From NCBI GenBank assembly GCA_036785375.1, contig JAWMAR010000085.1:7688001-7752000 (forward strand): 64,000 bases of DNA. Direction: 5' to 3'. The translations under genes and the position numbers were made by a program. Shown here piece after piece: positions 48,801 to 61,959 of this stretch. Each line of letters begins with the position of its first letter. The stretch's first letter is position 1. The DNA is from Leucoraja ocellata (lineage: Eukaryota). The notes under the pieces are model-generated. The model did not search any database. It was not told the origin of the DNA and saw only the letters and a list, made by a program, of their open reading frames with translations.

Positions 48801-50100
48801 CATCCTGCCCAAGATCACATTGCCTGTTATTTAACTGAGGAAATTGATAGCTGGTACACTTCGCTTTAGTTTAGAGACACAGCAAGGCAACGGGTCCTTC
48901 AGCCCGAGTCTATGCTGACCATAGATCACCCGTTCAAACTAGTTCCATATTCTCCCATTTTCTCATTCACTTTTCTACACACTAGGAGCATTTTCACAAC
49001 AGGCAATTAGCCTTTTGTAGGTTAATTCGCTTCTGCAAATTGCCCTTAATGTGTATGAAGTGGGTGCAAAAGTGGGATAGCATAGAACTTGTGTGAATAG
49101 GTTGATTGATGATTGGCATGGATTTGGTGATGAAAAACTACAACCGCTAAACCTGCACGTCTTTGGGATGTGGGAGGAAAGCAGAGCACCAGTCACAGGG
49201 AGAACGTGCAAACTCTACACATGGACAGCACCCGAGGTTAGGATCAAACCCGGGTCTCTGGTGCTGTGAGGCAGCAACTCTACCAGCTGTGTCATTGTGT
49301 CACCACACAGTGGAACGGTACCGAGAATACAAATTTGTATATGACCCTCCAGCATTTTGTGTCTATCTTTGGTATAAATCAGCATCTGCAGTCCCTTGTT
49401 ATTACATTTTGATACATTTTTTGAGCTGTTTCTCTCCGGTTCTGTAGCATTATCTTATTTTGGCCTTAACCTTACAAATTGCTGCTGTTTCTGGTATATA
49501 TTGTTTGTTGGCTGCTTTTTGAATTGACCCCTGAAGATTCCACAGAAGCACGGTTAGGCTGAATGCTAATAAAGTTTGAGCTTTGGTGGGAAGTTAACTT
49601 CACATCATCATCCAAAAAGGATATTAAGAAACATTGCTTTTCACTATTTTTTCAATTGGTAGAGTTAAATATTGTTGTTTTCTGTATTTTATAGTGTAGA
49701 GATTATTTATAACAATGTTGCCAGGACTTGAGGGTCTGAGCTGTAGGGTGAGGTTGGGCAGACCAGGATTCGATTCCTTGGAGCACAGGAGGATGAGGAG
49801 TGATTTGCAGAAGTGTATACAAATCATGAGAGGAATAGATAGGGTGAATGCTTAGTCTTATACACAGGGTTGGGGAATAAAGAACCAGAAGTAGGTTTAA
49901 GGTGAGAGGGGAATGATTTAATAGGAACCCGAGAGGCAACCTTTTCACACAGAGGGTGGTGGGTATATGGAAAGAGCTGCCAGAACGTTCCTTCAGCACT
50001 GTGTTTTGTTCAAGATTCCAGCACCTGCAGTTCCTTGCGTGTCTCTACATACCCACACGTAGGAATCACTGGGTTCCTGCCGACTCCGGTAAATAGCAGC

Positions 50101-53100
50101 AGACATAAAAACATAGAAACATAGAAAATAGTGCACCTTCGAGTCAGCACCGCCATTCATTGTGATCATGGCTGATCATCCCCTATCAATAACCCGTGCC
50201 TGCCTTCTCGCTTTGTCCCTTGACTCCACTAGCCCCTAGAGCTCTATCTAACTCTCTCTTAAATCCATCCAGTGACTTAGCCTCCACTGCCCTCTGTGGC
50301 AGGGAATTCTATAAATTCACAACTCTGGGTGAAAAAGTTTTTTCATACCTCAGCCTTAAATGACCTCCCCTTTATTCTAAGACTATGGCCCCTGGTTCTG
50401 GACTCGCCCAACATTGGGAACATTTTTCCTGCATCTAGCTTGTCCAGTCCTTTTATAATTTTATATGTTTCTATAAGATTCCCCCTCATCCTTCTAAACT
50501 CCAGTGAATACAAGCCTAGTTTTTTCAATCTGTCTTCATATGACAGTCCCGCCATCCCAGGGATCAGTCTCGTGAACCTCTTCACTCCTATACTGAAATC
50601 CTCTTGTTATGAAGACCAACATTCCATTGGCTTTCTTCACTGCCTGCTGTACCTGTAAGCCAACTTTCAGTGACCCCCAGGTCACACTGCACCTCCCCCT
50701 TACCAAACCTAAACCCATTGAGATAATAATCTGTCCCCTTGTTTATGCAGCCAAAGTGGATAACCTCACATTTATCTATATTATACTGCATCTGCCACGC
50801 ATCTGCCCACTCACTCAACCTGTCCAGGTCACCCTGCAACCTCCTAACATCCTCTTCACAGCTCACACTGCCACCCAGCTTTGTGTCATCCGTAAACCTG
50901 CTAGTGTTGCTCCTAATTCCATCTTCCAAATCATTAATATATATGGTAAACAGTTGCGGCCCCAACACCGAGCCTTGCAGCAGTCCACTCGCCACTGCCT
51001 GCCATTCTGAAAAGGACCCGTTCACTACTACTCTGCTTCCGGTCTGCCAACCAATTTTCTATCCATGACAACACCCTACCCCCAATACTATGTGCTTTAA
51101 TTTTAGTCACCAGTCTCCCGTGCGGGACCTTATCAAAGGCTTTCTGAAAGTCTAGATACACTACATCCACTGGCATCCCTTCATCCATTTTACATGTCAC
51201 GTCCTCAAAAAATTCCAGAAGATTAGTCAAGCATGATTTCCGTTTCATAAATCCATGTTGACTTGGACTAATCCTTTTACTGCTATCCAAATGCCCCATT
51301 ATTACCTCTTTAATAATTGACTCCAGCATCTTTCCCACCACCGAGGTCAGGCTAATTGGTCTGTAATTCCCCGTTTTCTCTCTCGCTCCTTTCTTGAAAG
51401 TGGGATAACATATCCTCCAATCCACAGGAACTGATCCTGAATCTATTGAACATTGGAAAATGATCACCAATGCATCCGCTATATCTAGACCTCCCTGAAG
51501 ACCCTGGGATGCAGACCATCAGGCCCAGGGGATTTATCATCCTTCAGTCCCATTAGCCTACCCAATACTATTTCTTGCCTAATCAAAAAATATTTCAGTC
51601 CCTCTACCCCCTTAGATCCTCTATCCTCCAGTAAATCAGGGAGATTGTTTGTGTCTTCCTTAGCGAAGACAGATTTGAAGTACCTATTTAACTCTTCAGC
51701 CATTTCCTTGTTGCCCATAATAATTTCTCCTGACTTTGCTACTCTTTTTCCCTTAACATATCTAAATAAACTTTTACTGTCCTTCTTTATATTCCTGGCC
51801 AGCTTCCCTTCGTACTACATCTTTTCAGCCTGTACTGCCCGTTTTGTTTCCTTCTGTTGTCCTAAGAAAGTTTCATAGAAACATAGAAACATAGAAATTA
51901 GGTGCAGGAGTAGGCCATTCGGCCCTTCGAGCCTGCACCGCCATTCAATATGATCATGGCTGATCATCCAACTCAGTATCCAATACCTGCCTTCTCTCCA
52001 TACCCCCTGATCCCCTTAGCCACAAGGGCCACATCTAACTCCCTCTTAAATATATTCCCAATCCTCTGGCTTCCGGCTACTCTTTGCTGAGTTATCCATC
52101 TTTTCTTTTAGTTTTATTCTATCCCTAACTTCTCTTGTCAGCCACGGTTGCCTCCTACTCCCCTTAGAATCTTTCGTCCTTTTTGGAATGAAATGATCCT
52201 GCGTCTTCCGGATTATGCCCAGAAATTCCTGCCATTGTTGTTCCACCGTCATTCCTGCTAGGATCCCTTTCCAGTCTACCTTGGCCAGCTCCCCTCTCAT
52301 GCCTTCATAGTCCCCTTTGTTCAACTGCATCACTGACACTTCCGATTTAACGTTCTCCTTCTCAAATTGCAGATTAAAACTAATCATATTATGATCACTA
52401 CCTCCAAGCGGTTCCTTTACCTCGAGTTCTCTTATCATATCTGGTTCATTGGACAACACTAAATCCAGAATTGCCTTTTCTCTGGTCGGCTCCATTACAA
52501 GCTGCTATAAGAATCCATCTCGGAGGCATTCTATAAACTCTCTTTCTTGGGGTCCTGAACCAACCTGATTTTCCCAGTCTACCTGCATATTGAAATCCCC
52601 ATCACCACAGTGGCATTACCTTTGTTACATGCCAGTTTTAACTCCTGCTGCAACTTACACCCTACATCCGGGCTGCTATTTGGGGGTCTATAGGTAACAC
52701 CAATTAGTGTCTTCTTGCCTTTATAATTCCTCAACTCAATCCACAGTGACTCTACCTCGTCAGGCCCTATGTCTTCTCTCGCAAGGGACTAAATTCCATC
52801 CCAGCAGAGCTACCCCCCACCCCTCCTCTGCCCACCTGCCTGTCCTTTCTATAGGATGTATAACACTGCATATTAAGTTCCCAGGTACGATCCTCCTGCA
52901 GCCACATCTCAGTAATCCCCACAATGTCATATCTACCAACCTCTAACTGAGCCTCAATCTCAACTACTTTACTTCTTATACTTCGCGCATTCATATACAA
53001 TACTTTTAATTCCTTACGCATCTCACCTTTCACATCGATCCCTATTACACTTGGCCATACTCTCCTATGCCTTTGTGAGCTTCCTTTCCTGTTATTTCTG

Positions 53101-54148
53101 GGGTCATTAAGCATGCATTTGCTCTCTTTCCCTTTAACTCCATCCTCGACTATCCCATTTAACACCCCATCCCCCTTATTCAGTTTAAAACCACCCGTGT
53201 AGCAATGGCAAACCTGCCTGCCAGAATGCTGGTCCCCCACCTGTTAAGATGCAATCGTCCCTTTTGTACCGTTCCCCCTTACTCCAAAACAGACACTTTC
53301 GCCAGCACGAGGAACTGGAAGCAAACCAGAGATAACAATCCTGTAGGTCCTGCTTTACAGCATTTTCCGAGCTCTCTAAAGTCATGCTGCAGAATATTCA
53401 TCCCCCTTTTTCCGACATCATTTGTGCCGACATGCACAACACTTCTGCCGGCTGTTCACCTTCGCCCTTGAGGATTTTCTGCACTCTGTCCGTGACATCC
53501 TGGATCCTGGCACCAGGAAGGCAGCACACCATCTTTGTCCTCGAATCCCATCTGTTCCTGCAGAAACCCCTGTCCGTACCTCTCACAATGGAGTCTCCAA
53601 CTACAATGGCATTGACTGACGTTGGCCTCTTTGGTTTTGGCTCAACAGCCCTTTTTGCTTCGCAAGCCAGTTTGCCGCTCAGTGTGATAACGTCTTCTGT
53701 CCCGACAGCTTTTAAGTGGATGAACCTGTTCACAAGAGGTACAACACCCGTGGACGTTTGCATTCCATGTTTCCCTCCCTTTCTCACTGTCACCCACCTT
53801 CTCTCTTCCAGTACCTTAGGTGTAACAATCTTACTGTAGGACTTGTCGAGGAACGACTCCGTTTCTCGGACGAACCTGAGATCAACCACTTCTCCAGTTC
53901 CCCAACACGGTCCTTCAGGAGCTACACCTGGATGCACTTCTCACATTTGTAGCAGCCAGAGGCACTAGCAGTGTCCTTGACCTTCCGCATACTGCAAGCA
54001 TCACACGGAATTAGCTTGCTTGACATCTCCTTCTTTCGTCTCTCCCTCTCCAGCCTTTTACATAGCCTCCTCTCCTCAGCCGAAGACTCTGGAGCCAAAG
54101 ACTCGCACTTTTCTCACAGGGCACTTCCCTCACAAGGCCGCTCCCTCA
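50101..54148 (-). mobile_element. Near full-length CR1-type LINE (degenerate)
   Basis: ORF1 starts MSSKLIPCDAC (~54026), with a Cys-rich finger and SGNH esterase motifs (VVGDSIVRG, VCCLPGARI). ORF2 has APE motifs (LYMNARSI, GITEMWL, PTREKAILDLV, GSDH) and RT motifs (NYRPISLTS, YLDFQKAFD, QGSVLGP, FTDDTK). (TTTCTATG)n 3' tail near 50101-50130. Confidence 0.92.
51875..52032 (-). mobile_element. CR1 3'-end fragment nested in the long CR1
   Basis: A second (CATAGAAA)n tail and 3' UTR interrupt ORF2, which resumes afterwards. Boundaries approximate. Confidence 0.75.
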
Positions 54149-55485
54149 CTCCCTCACTCAGACCCTCAAGTCCTGGCAACATCGTCATAAATCATCTCCG
54201 CATTCTTTCCACCGTAGTCAAGTCATGTATTTCTTTATCAACATGTATTGATAACGGTACAATCAAATGTATATGTGATGCAGCTTTACAGGCCCACAAA
54301 CACAAGAACACACACATAATGTCCAATAATAGTAATACAATAAATGAATGATCAGTAAAACTGGGACATACAGTCAGTGAGTCATAGTCATGCAGTCAAT
54401 GTGCAAACAACCTTGGGTGCTGTCTGTACGGAGTTTGCACATTGTCACATTTGCACTTTGTATCATATTTGTAAACCAACAACTGCAGTTTCATGTTTCT
54501 ACATTTTGTCCCCTCCCCCCCCCCCCCCCACCTCTCCCACACAATCAGTCAGAAAAAGGATTTTGACCTAAAACATCACCTATCCATGTTCTCTAGACAT
54601 GCTGCCGGACCCACTGTGTTACACCAGCACTTTGTGTCATTTTCTTGTAAGCCAGCATCTGCAGTTCCTTGTTTCTGCAGATAATCCGGTTGTTTTGATG
54701 CATCGCTGAATGCTGTATCTGACTTCATCATTTTGTGTATAAACAAGATGTTAAGTGTCAAATCTCGAGAACAGCTCACTCTAAATCAAAGGACCTGATT
54801 GTAATGAGTCCAATCTACACTGATAAATGCTAATTCACCACGAGGCAGCTCCTCTAAGTTTGTAGAGGCAGAGTCATATCACTCTAAACTTGTCCTATCC
54901 TGTCTAAACGTTTCTTAAACTTTGCAATAGTACCAGCCTCAACTACCTCTGGCAGCTCGTTCTATGCGCCCACCACCCTTTGTGTAAAAAAAGTTACCCT
55001 CGGGTTCCTATTAAATCTTCCCCCCCCCCCCCACCTTTACCTTAAACCTATGTCCTTTGATTCTCGATTCCCATACTCTGGGCAAGAGACTCTGTGCGTT
55101 TACCTAGTCTATTCTCTCATGATTTTATACACCCCGATACGATCAACCCTCATCCTCCTGTGCTCCAAGGAATAGAATTCTAGCCTGCTCTACCTCCCTC
55201 TCAGGCCCTCGAGTTCTGACAACATCTTTCCAATTAGAATGGTGACTGTACAAGATGAATTTATAATGTTGTTAAAGCCTTAGCGATGTGTTAGAGGCCA
55301 CGATCTACTGTCAAGATGAAAGGCAGACTCAGAGCATTCGCTGCTTCTGTCGCAGAAATGGTACAAACCCTTCAGGCAAGATTTATGTGTGAGCATTCAG
55401 AGGTTGATAACTGAGCGGCGCTGCTCTATGTTTAGTTTCATGGGGAGTGCATCTTGCTGACTGGCTAATTGTGGATATGCACTGA

Positions 55486-56230
55486 GTGGTGCCATCAGCG
55501 ATGGCAGCCTCGCCAACGGTCTGTCTGTCTTTTCGGCTTCTTTGTTATTTTTAAGTGTGTTTTAAAAGTATGTGTTAACATTCTCTGGTTTGTTTTATGT
55601 GAGGGGGGGTCGGGGGAAACATTTTTCAATCTCCTACCTTGCTGGAGATGCGATTGTTTTCTGGACTGTATCTCCGGTCGCTTTGCGGCCTAACGTCATG
55701 GATCTGGCAGCCTTGCTCGAGACTGACTTTGAGCCCCACCGCGGGGCCGTGGATTTATCATTGGAGCCTGCGATCCCTTGCCTGGGATCGACGCTCCAAC
55801 CGCGGCCTGCGGATTTCAACATTGAGGAGCTTGCAGTCTCGGGTAGAGACCGATGTCGGGAAGCTCCAAAGTCGTAGGAGGTTTGTCCAACCCCGACCCG
55901 GGGTCCGATCGCCCGGCGCGGGGAGTTGAGATCCCCCCGATGGGAGAGCTCGACCGCCCCGACGTGGATCGCTCGACTACCGGCTACGGGAGCCAAGATC
56001 GCCACGACAACGGGAAGTTCAAGTGTCCCGACCGCGGGAGAACAAAGAATTGAACTTGTTTTGCCTTCTATCACAGTGAAGAATATGGGGGAGTCACTGT
56101 GGTGGATGTTCATGTTAAAACTTTGTTTGGGAGTCTTGTTGATCTTTATTGATGTGACTGTATGACAAATCAAATTTCTCGTATATTGCAAAACATACAT
56201 GGCTAATAGGGTGCTATTATGATTATGATG
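55486..56230 (+). mobile_element. CpG-rich non-coding retroposon (unclassified). Relatives at ~3950-4582(+), 8990-9790(-), 21270-21445(-), 56603-57000(-), 62778-63145(+)
   Basis: Shared 5' TGGTGCCA...GGCAGCCTCGC, GGGGGAAAC block, CCTTCCATCACAGTGA...TCACTGTGGTGGATGTT stem-loop, and 3' hexamer repeats (GATTAT/GATTCT/ACTTGA)n. Confidence 0.7.
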
Positions 56231-57377
56231 AAAGCTGTGCAGGTCAAGAGTATTTAATTGTTGTATTCACTGAAAAGAGAACAATGAAACTGGTACTTAC
56301 TGGAGGTTTACAGGCCTGTATATGCAAAAGCACACAGATAAATAGAAAACAATCAATAATGTAACAGATTATTAACATGGATAGGTGATGTTTAGGGCCC
56401 GACGAAGGGTGCCACAGTGGCGCAGCAGTAGAATTGCTGCCTTACAACACCAGAGGCCTGGGTTCGATCCTGACTACGGGTGCTATTTGTACAGAGTTTG
56501 TACGTTCTCCCTGTGTCCGCGTGGGTAATCTCCGGGTGCTCCAGTTTCTTCCCACATTCGAAAGATGTACAGATTTGTAGGTCAATTGTAAATTGTCCCT
56601 AAATCGTAATCATAATCATACTTTATTAGCTATGTATGTTTTGCAACATACGAGGAAATTGATTTGCCATACAGTCATACCAATAAAAAGCAACAGAACA
56701 CACAAAATACGTTTTAACATAAACATCCACCACAGTGACTCCTCCACATTGCTCACTGTGATGGAAGGCGAAAAAAAAGTTAAATCTGTTAACTTCTTTG
56801 TTATCCTGTGTCGGGGGCCTCGAGCCTTCTGTTGTCAGGGCGATCTTGGTTCCCGTAGCCGGTGGTCGAGCCTTCTGCATCGGGGCGATCAAGCTCCCGC
56901 ATCAGGAGGATCTCAGCTCCCCCACGCTGGATGATCGGACCGCGGGTCGGGGCAAGTCGAACCGCTTGGAACTTTGGGGCTTCCCGACATCAGTCTCTAA
57001 CCAAGACTGTTAAATTGTTAATTATTAAAGCAGAGATTGCCAGATTCTTGATTAGTAAGAGTGTCAAAGGTTACAGGGTGAAGGCAGGAGGATGAGGTTG
57101 AGAGATAGATCACCCATCATTGAAGGGCAGAGTAGACTCGATGGGCCGAATGGCCTAATCCTGCTCCTGTGACTTATGAACTTACTCCAGCACTTTTTGT
57201 ATTAACCAGTATCTACAACATTTATTTCTGAATTATTATCAGTATCACCAGGCAACAAAAGCTTTTTACTGTACCTCGGTATACGAGACAATACACTAAA
57301 CTTATAATTCAAAAACCGAAGTCCAGGGCAATTTTTTTTACATAGAGGGTGGTGAGTGCCTGGTACGCACTGCCAAG

Positions 57378-57772
57378 CAAAGGTCCTATAGCAAGCAAGA
57401 TAGACCACTCCTTCTAAATGCAATGGGCTGACTTGTAGTACGCAACGTACGGAACTTGGACCATTTTTTCAACCATTTCAGTAACCCGCCCCGACCCGAC
57501 TCTCAGTGTAATCAACGTTGCGGGTGAACAGTTTGTGTTAATAAATTATAATTCTGAATATGAGGAGAGTATTTTTCCCAAATAACTTTTATTTTTACGA
57601 GGATGTTTCCGTAACCGGCTTCCGGCCCCACACTAGTATCCTATGGGACCTTTGGTGCGGAGACGGAAGCCGGTTACGGAAATGGGGCCCCGAAAATTAC
57701 CCATGAATCTGCCCATGACCGTACTACGTCTTTTTCGTCGAGTGATCTATCTTGCTTGCTATAGGATCTTTG
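57378..57772. mobile_element. MITE with 8-bp TSD (P-element or hAT superfamily)
   Basis: 33-bp TIR CAAAG.TCCTATAGCAAGCAAGATAGA.CACTC (2 mismatches), TSD CTGCCAAG (57370-77, 57773-80), inserted in a CR1 fragment. Confidence 0.85.
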
Positions 57773-60700
57773 CTGCCAAGGGTGGTTATGGCTAACTGAA
57801 AGTCTTTTAAAGACCACTAACGTATCTGCTTCAACCATCATCCCTGGTTTCCTCCTACATCCCACAGACATGAAGGTTTGTATGTTAATTGGCCCCCTGT
57901 AAATTGCCCCTAGTGTGTATGGAGTGGATGAAAGGAAGCGGAATAACATAGAATTAGTGTGAACGGGTTGTCAATGGTCGGCAAGGACTCGTTTGGTGTA
58001 AGTGCCTGTTTCCATGTTGTATTTTGCAATCAATCAATATTGAATTGTAAAGGAAAGTCTTGAGTGCGCCAGTCAAGCTTTCTTCCCCCACCCTGGCAAT
58101 CAGTCAAAAGAAGGTCCTGGCCAGAACCGTCACTTATCCATGTTGTCCAGAGATGCTGCCTGACTATCTGAGTTACACCAACATTTATGGGTTTTTTTTG
58201 ACTGGGCCAAAGATAGACACAAAGTGCTGGAGTAACTCAGCGGGTCAGGCAGCATCTCTGGAGAAAAGTAATAGGGGATGCTTAGGGTTGGGACCCTTCT
58301 TCTGACTAAAAGATAGAGGTGGCGGGAGGGGGAGGGAAGAGAGGGACTGGAGGCAAGAAAAGGCCAGAACCAGAGCCGGCTACACATGCCCTCAGGAAGG
58401 GTGGAGTCCATAATGGCCCATTGTTGGCTGGGGAAGATGTGCTGACTACAGGGATGCGAATAGTGGAACTACTAAACTGGTTAGTCAAAAAAGAAATCCG
58501 AAATAGGTGCAAATGTGAATGGAAATTTGACTGAAACGCTGAACTAATCATTCTGAATAGATAAATCACCTAGATTTTGGACTACTACAAATTGCAGCAA
58601 CCATCAAAAACAAATAATAATCCTTTAATCAAAATTTTGGATTGTTTACAGGCCCTCATTAAGTCAAACTAGAAAGATGCATAGTCTGAGAATAAGAAGC
58701 TGTCGTTTGGGTAATAACTCTCCTGCTTTTGTGTGTACTAATGAAACTATTGGCCAGATTTAGCTTCTGGGGAAGGTGATTATGCAAATTGTGTTGTCTT
58801 TCGTAATAAAGCATCAAGCCTCTCAACGCCTTCATTAGCGAGGTTCCAAGAAGCTGAAGGAAGTAGCATAATATCCATCTCCTCCCAGGCAAAGAGTACC
58901 AATTATTGTCCACTATCACTAACTACGTGTGTTCAGTCGAGAATTTAGACATTAAAGCTTTTCCAAAATGGAGCCATATTTTTTTTTCTCCTTAAAATGT
59001 GCTTTCAGTTGCTCACATGACAACCCACCCTTTATCAACCTAAATCGCCTCCAATTCACTTAAACTTTAGACTTTAGAGACACAGCATGGAAACAGGCCC
59101 TTCGGCCCACCGAGTCCTGCGCTATCCATTATGCATTATAGCGTCACCTATCCATGTTCTCCAGAAATGCTGCCTGACCAGCTGAGTTACTGCTGCACTT
59201 TGTGTCCATTTCAGTATTCAGTATTTCTTTAATATCATTTTCACTGAGTACTCGCATACACCAAGGAAACAAAAAAACGTTGCTCGATCAGTTTCCATTC
59301 AGTGTAGTTAATAAAAAAGGGTAAATACATAGAGCTTTAAAACAAATTAAAATTACCGTCTAAAAACAGAAAGTAGGCCTAAAATTTCCAATAGAATAAA
59401 AACAGACATTCCGACCAACAGTGGCTTTACTTTGACAGGTGCCTAACTGTCAAAGTATGGACGAGGTTGAATGTGTATTCAATGAATATTTAATCTATTC
59501 TGTTCTAAATCTTTCCATGAAGGTATGAAAGTAATTATCTAATAAATAACCACATTGGTACATTGCAATATAATGGTTCATACTGTCTTGTCCATAATGC
59601 CAGCAGAAATTTCTACTTCAGAATATGAATGCTTTCATTTAATGTTTTTGCCAAGCTCGGTTTGCCAAAAAAAAACTTATTTCATGCCTGTGCTATTATT
59701 GTTATATTAATCAGCTACATTACCACAAACTAACAGTGAGTTATAATTGGGATTACAGGTTAGCCTGTTAATAACAATCTCAAAATGTTCACCTGTGACT
59801 GCCTGTCTGGCAGTCTTTTCATCTTCATCCTTGTGGACGTAACAGCCTGTGTGGTTATATCTTTGTTACCATTTGTGTCTTATGTGTTGTTTGAGTTGTT
59901 TCTCGTATGTGGAGCAAGTCATATGTGCGGCCAGTTATTCTGTGGCTCAGAAATACTTTTAACAAACAAATGGAGATTATATCTATTGTTCCCCATCCTT
60001 TCTTTACACACCCCGCAAGTTTTTTGTAACGTACAGCGATCAAAATACAGATGTGCCACACTATAACTTCCTTCTTTGTCCTTTCCACCTCGTTCTTTCG
60101 TAAATTTACCCAAATGTATTCACCCTGATGGAATACTCACTTGTTTATGAAATGAGCCATAAAATTAAACATTATATGTGGAGAATGCATTGTAAATTGG
60201 GTAGGCTTCTTCGAGTGTTGATCTGCATTTGAGACATCCTTTAAAGGTGTACTTACAGAAGTCGAAGGTTGTTATGAGAGGATTAAAGGTATTGTTTTAA
60301 AAAATTAAAGCTTGATCCTCATTTCCAAATAATTTGGGGTTAGACAGCAGATCTATGATAAAAGCATAGACTAGATGAACAGCATGAACCTCTGTTACAT
60401 AAACATCAGGGTAGCACTGTAACACGTTATCCATTTATACACGCCTGCTCTGTTGGCTTCTATTAATCAATGTGTATAGCAGATGCATTGTGTGGCTTCA
60501 AAGTCCCCTGAGTGCCACATAGAGCTCTCTCTCTCTCTCACTCTCTCTGCATCCATTTATCTGAGAACTGTCATCTGTGCAGTCCCTGGTTTTAATTGCA
60601 ACGTGATGTACAACACTGTGGAATGTAGTCAGCACTCAGCCGGTATGAAGTAGGCGACAACCCTGTGGCATTATCAGTAATGTTCTTCCAAAAACCGTCG

Positions 60701-61959
60701 GATCAGCATCCACTCTCAACAAATGCTGCGCTTGGAGCGGCTATTTCTGGTTGCATTGTGAAATATCTTTTAGAATGTCGGGTACCGGCTGAGGTGTTCC
60801 ATGGTGTAGAGGGCCTGGAAGTCCACCAGCCCAGTAATTGTCTCCCTGTGACCTCCTGACAAAGACTTTGGGGCACTGAGGGGTTGGCAGTGGATTATTT
60901 GATAACTATATTTCAATGCGGATTTTACACAAGATGTTGCATTATGCTGGCAAGACATGCCCCTGTTTGAGTATCTGAAAGGGCTGCTCCTCAAGTTTAG
61001 TTTAGTTTAGTTTAGACTTACAGCGTGGAATCAGGCCCTGCAGCCCACCGAAGTTGCACCGACTAATAATTATCCTGTACACTAATTCTATCCTAAACAC
61101 GAGGGACAATTTACAGAAGTCAATTAACCTAAAAAAATGCACATTTTTGGAGTGTAGGAAGAAACCGGGGCACCCTAGAGAATCCATGCAGTCACTCGAA
61201 GAACGTGCAAACTCCAAACAGACAGCACCCGTAGTCAGGATCAAACCCGGGTCTCTGGCGCTGTGAGGCAACAACTTTACCACTGCGCCACTGTCAGCCT
61301 CAGTATTGACTGCATTTTAGCCCCCGCTCCTGATCTTTGGTCACTCAATACAGAGGGGGGAAGAGTCCGTCAGTCGGCGAGGGTTGGGAAGCCCCTGTCG
61401 GTTTGCTCCTGGGTCTGGCCAACATGGCCATTGACGGATCCGGGCAGTCGGGGTTACTTCCCGAGTGGACTGCCTGCCCTTCTTCATGGCCCACGCCTTA
61501 GCTTGCGTGTCCCTTCCATGAACGCTGGTATCCCTGAGTCCCACCTTACCTTTTATTTTCTTCCCCCCCCCCCATTCCTCCTCATCTATCTGATGCCCTC
61601 TTGTCTCATTTTCATCTCTAGCCTTTGCCAGACTCCGCCAATTTCCCCCCCGGTGCCCCTCACCTGTATCCACCCGTCATTTCCCAGGCTTTGTCCAGCG
61701 CCATCTCTCTCTTCCAGCATTTTCCCCCTACTCCATCAACCTGATATAAAATGTCATCTGTCCATCCCCTCCATAGATGCTGCCTGACCCACTTGGTCCT
61801 GCCAGCACTTTGTTTTTTTGCTCCAATTCTGTCCTTCCGATCAGCCAAACACCTTCAGATTTTCTGCCAATCAAGCCAAACTCAAGTACAATAGATAGAG
61901 TAAAGGGGAAGATACAGAGTGCTGAATATAGTTCTCAGCTTTGTAGCGCTCCAGTTCCA

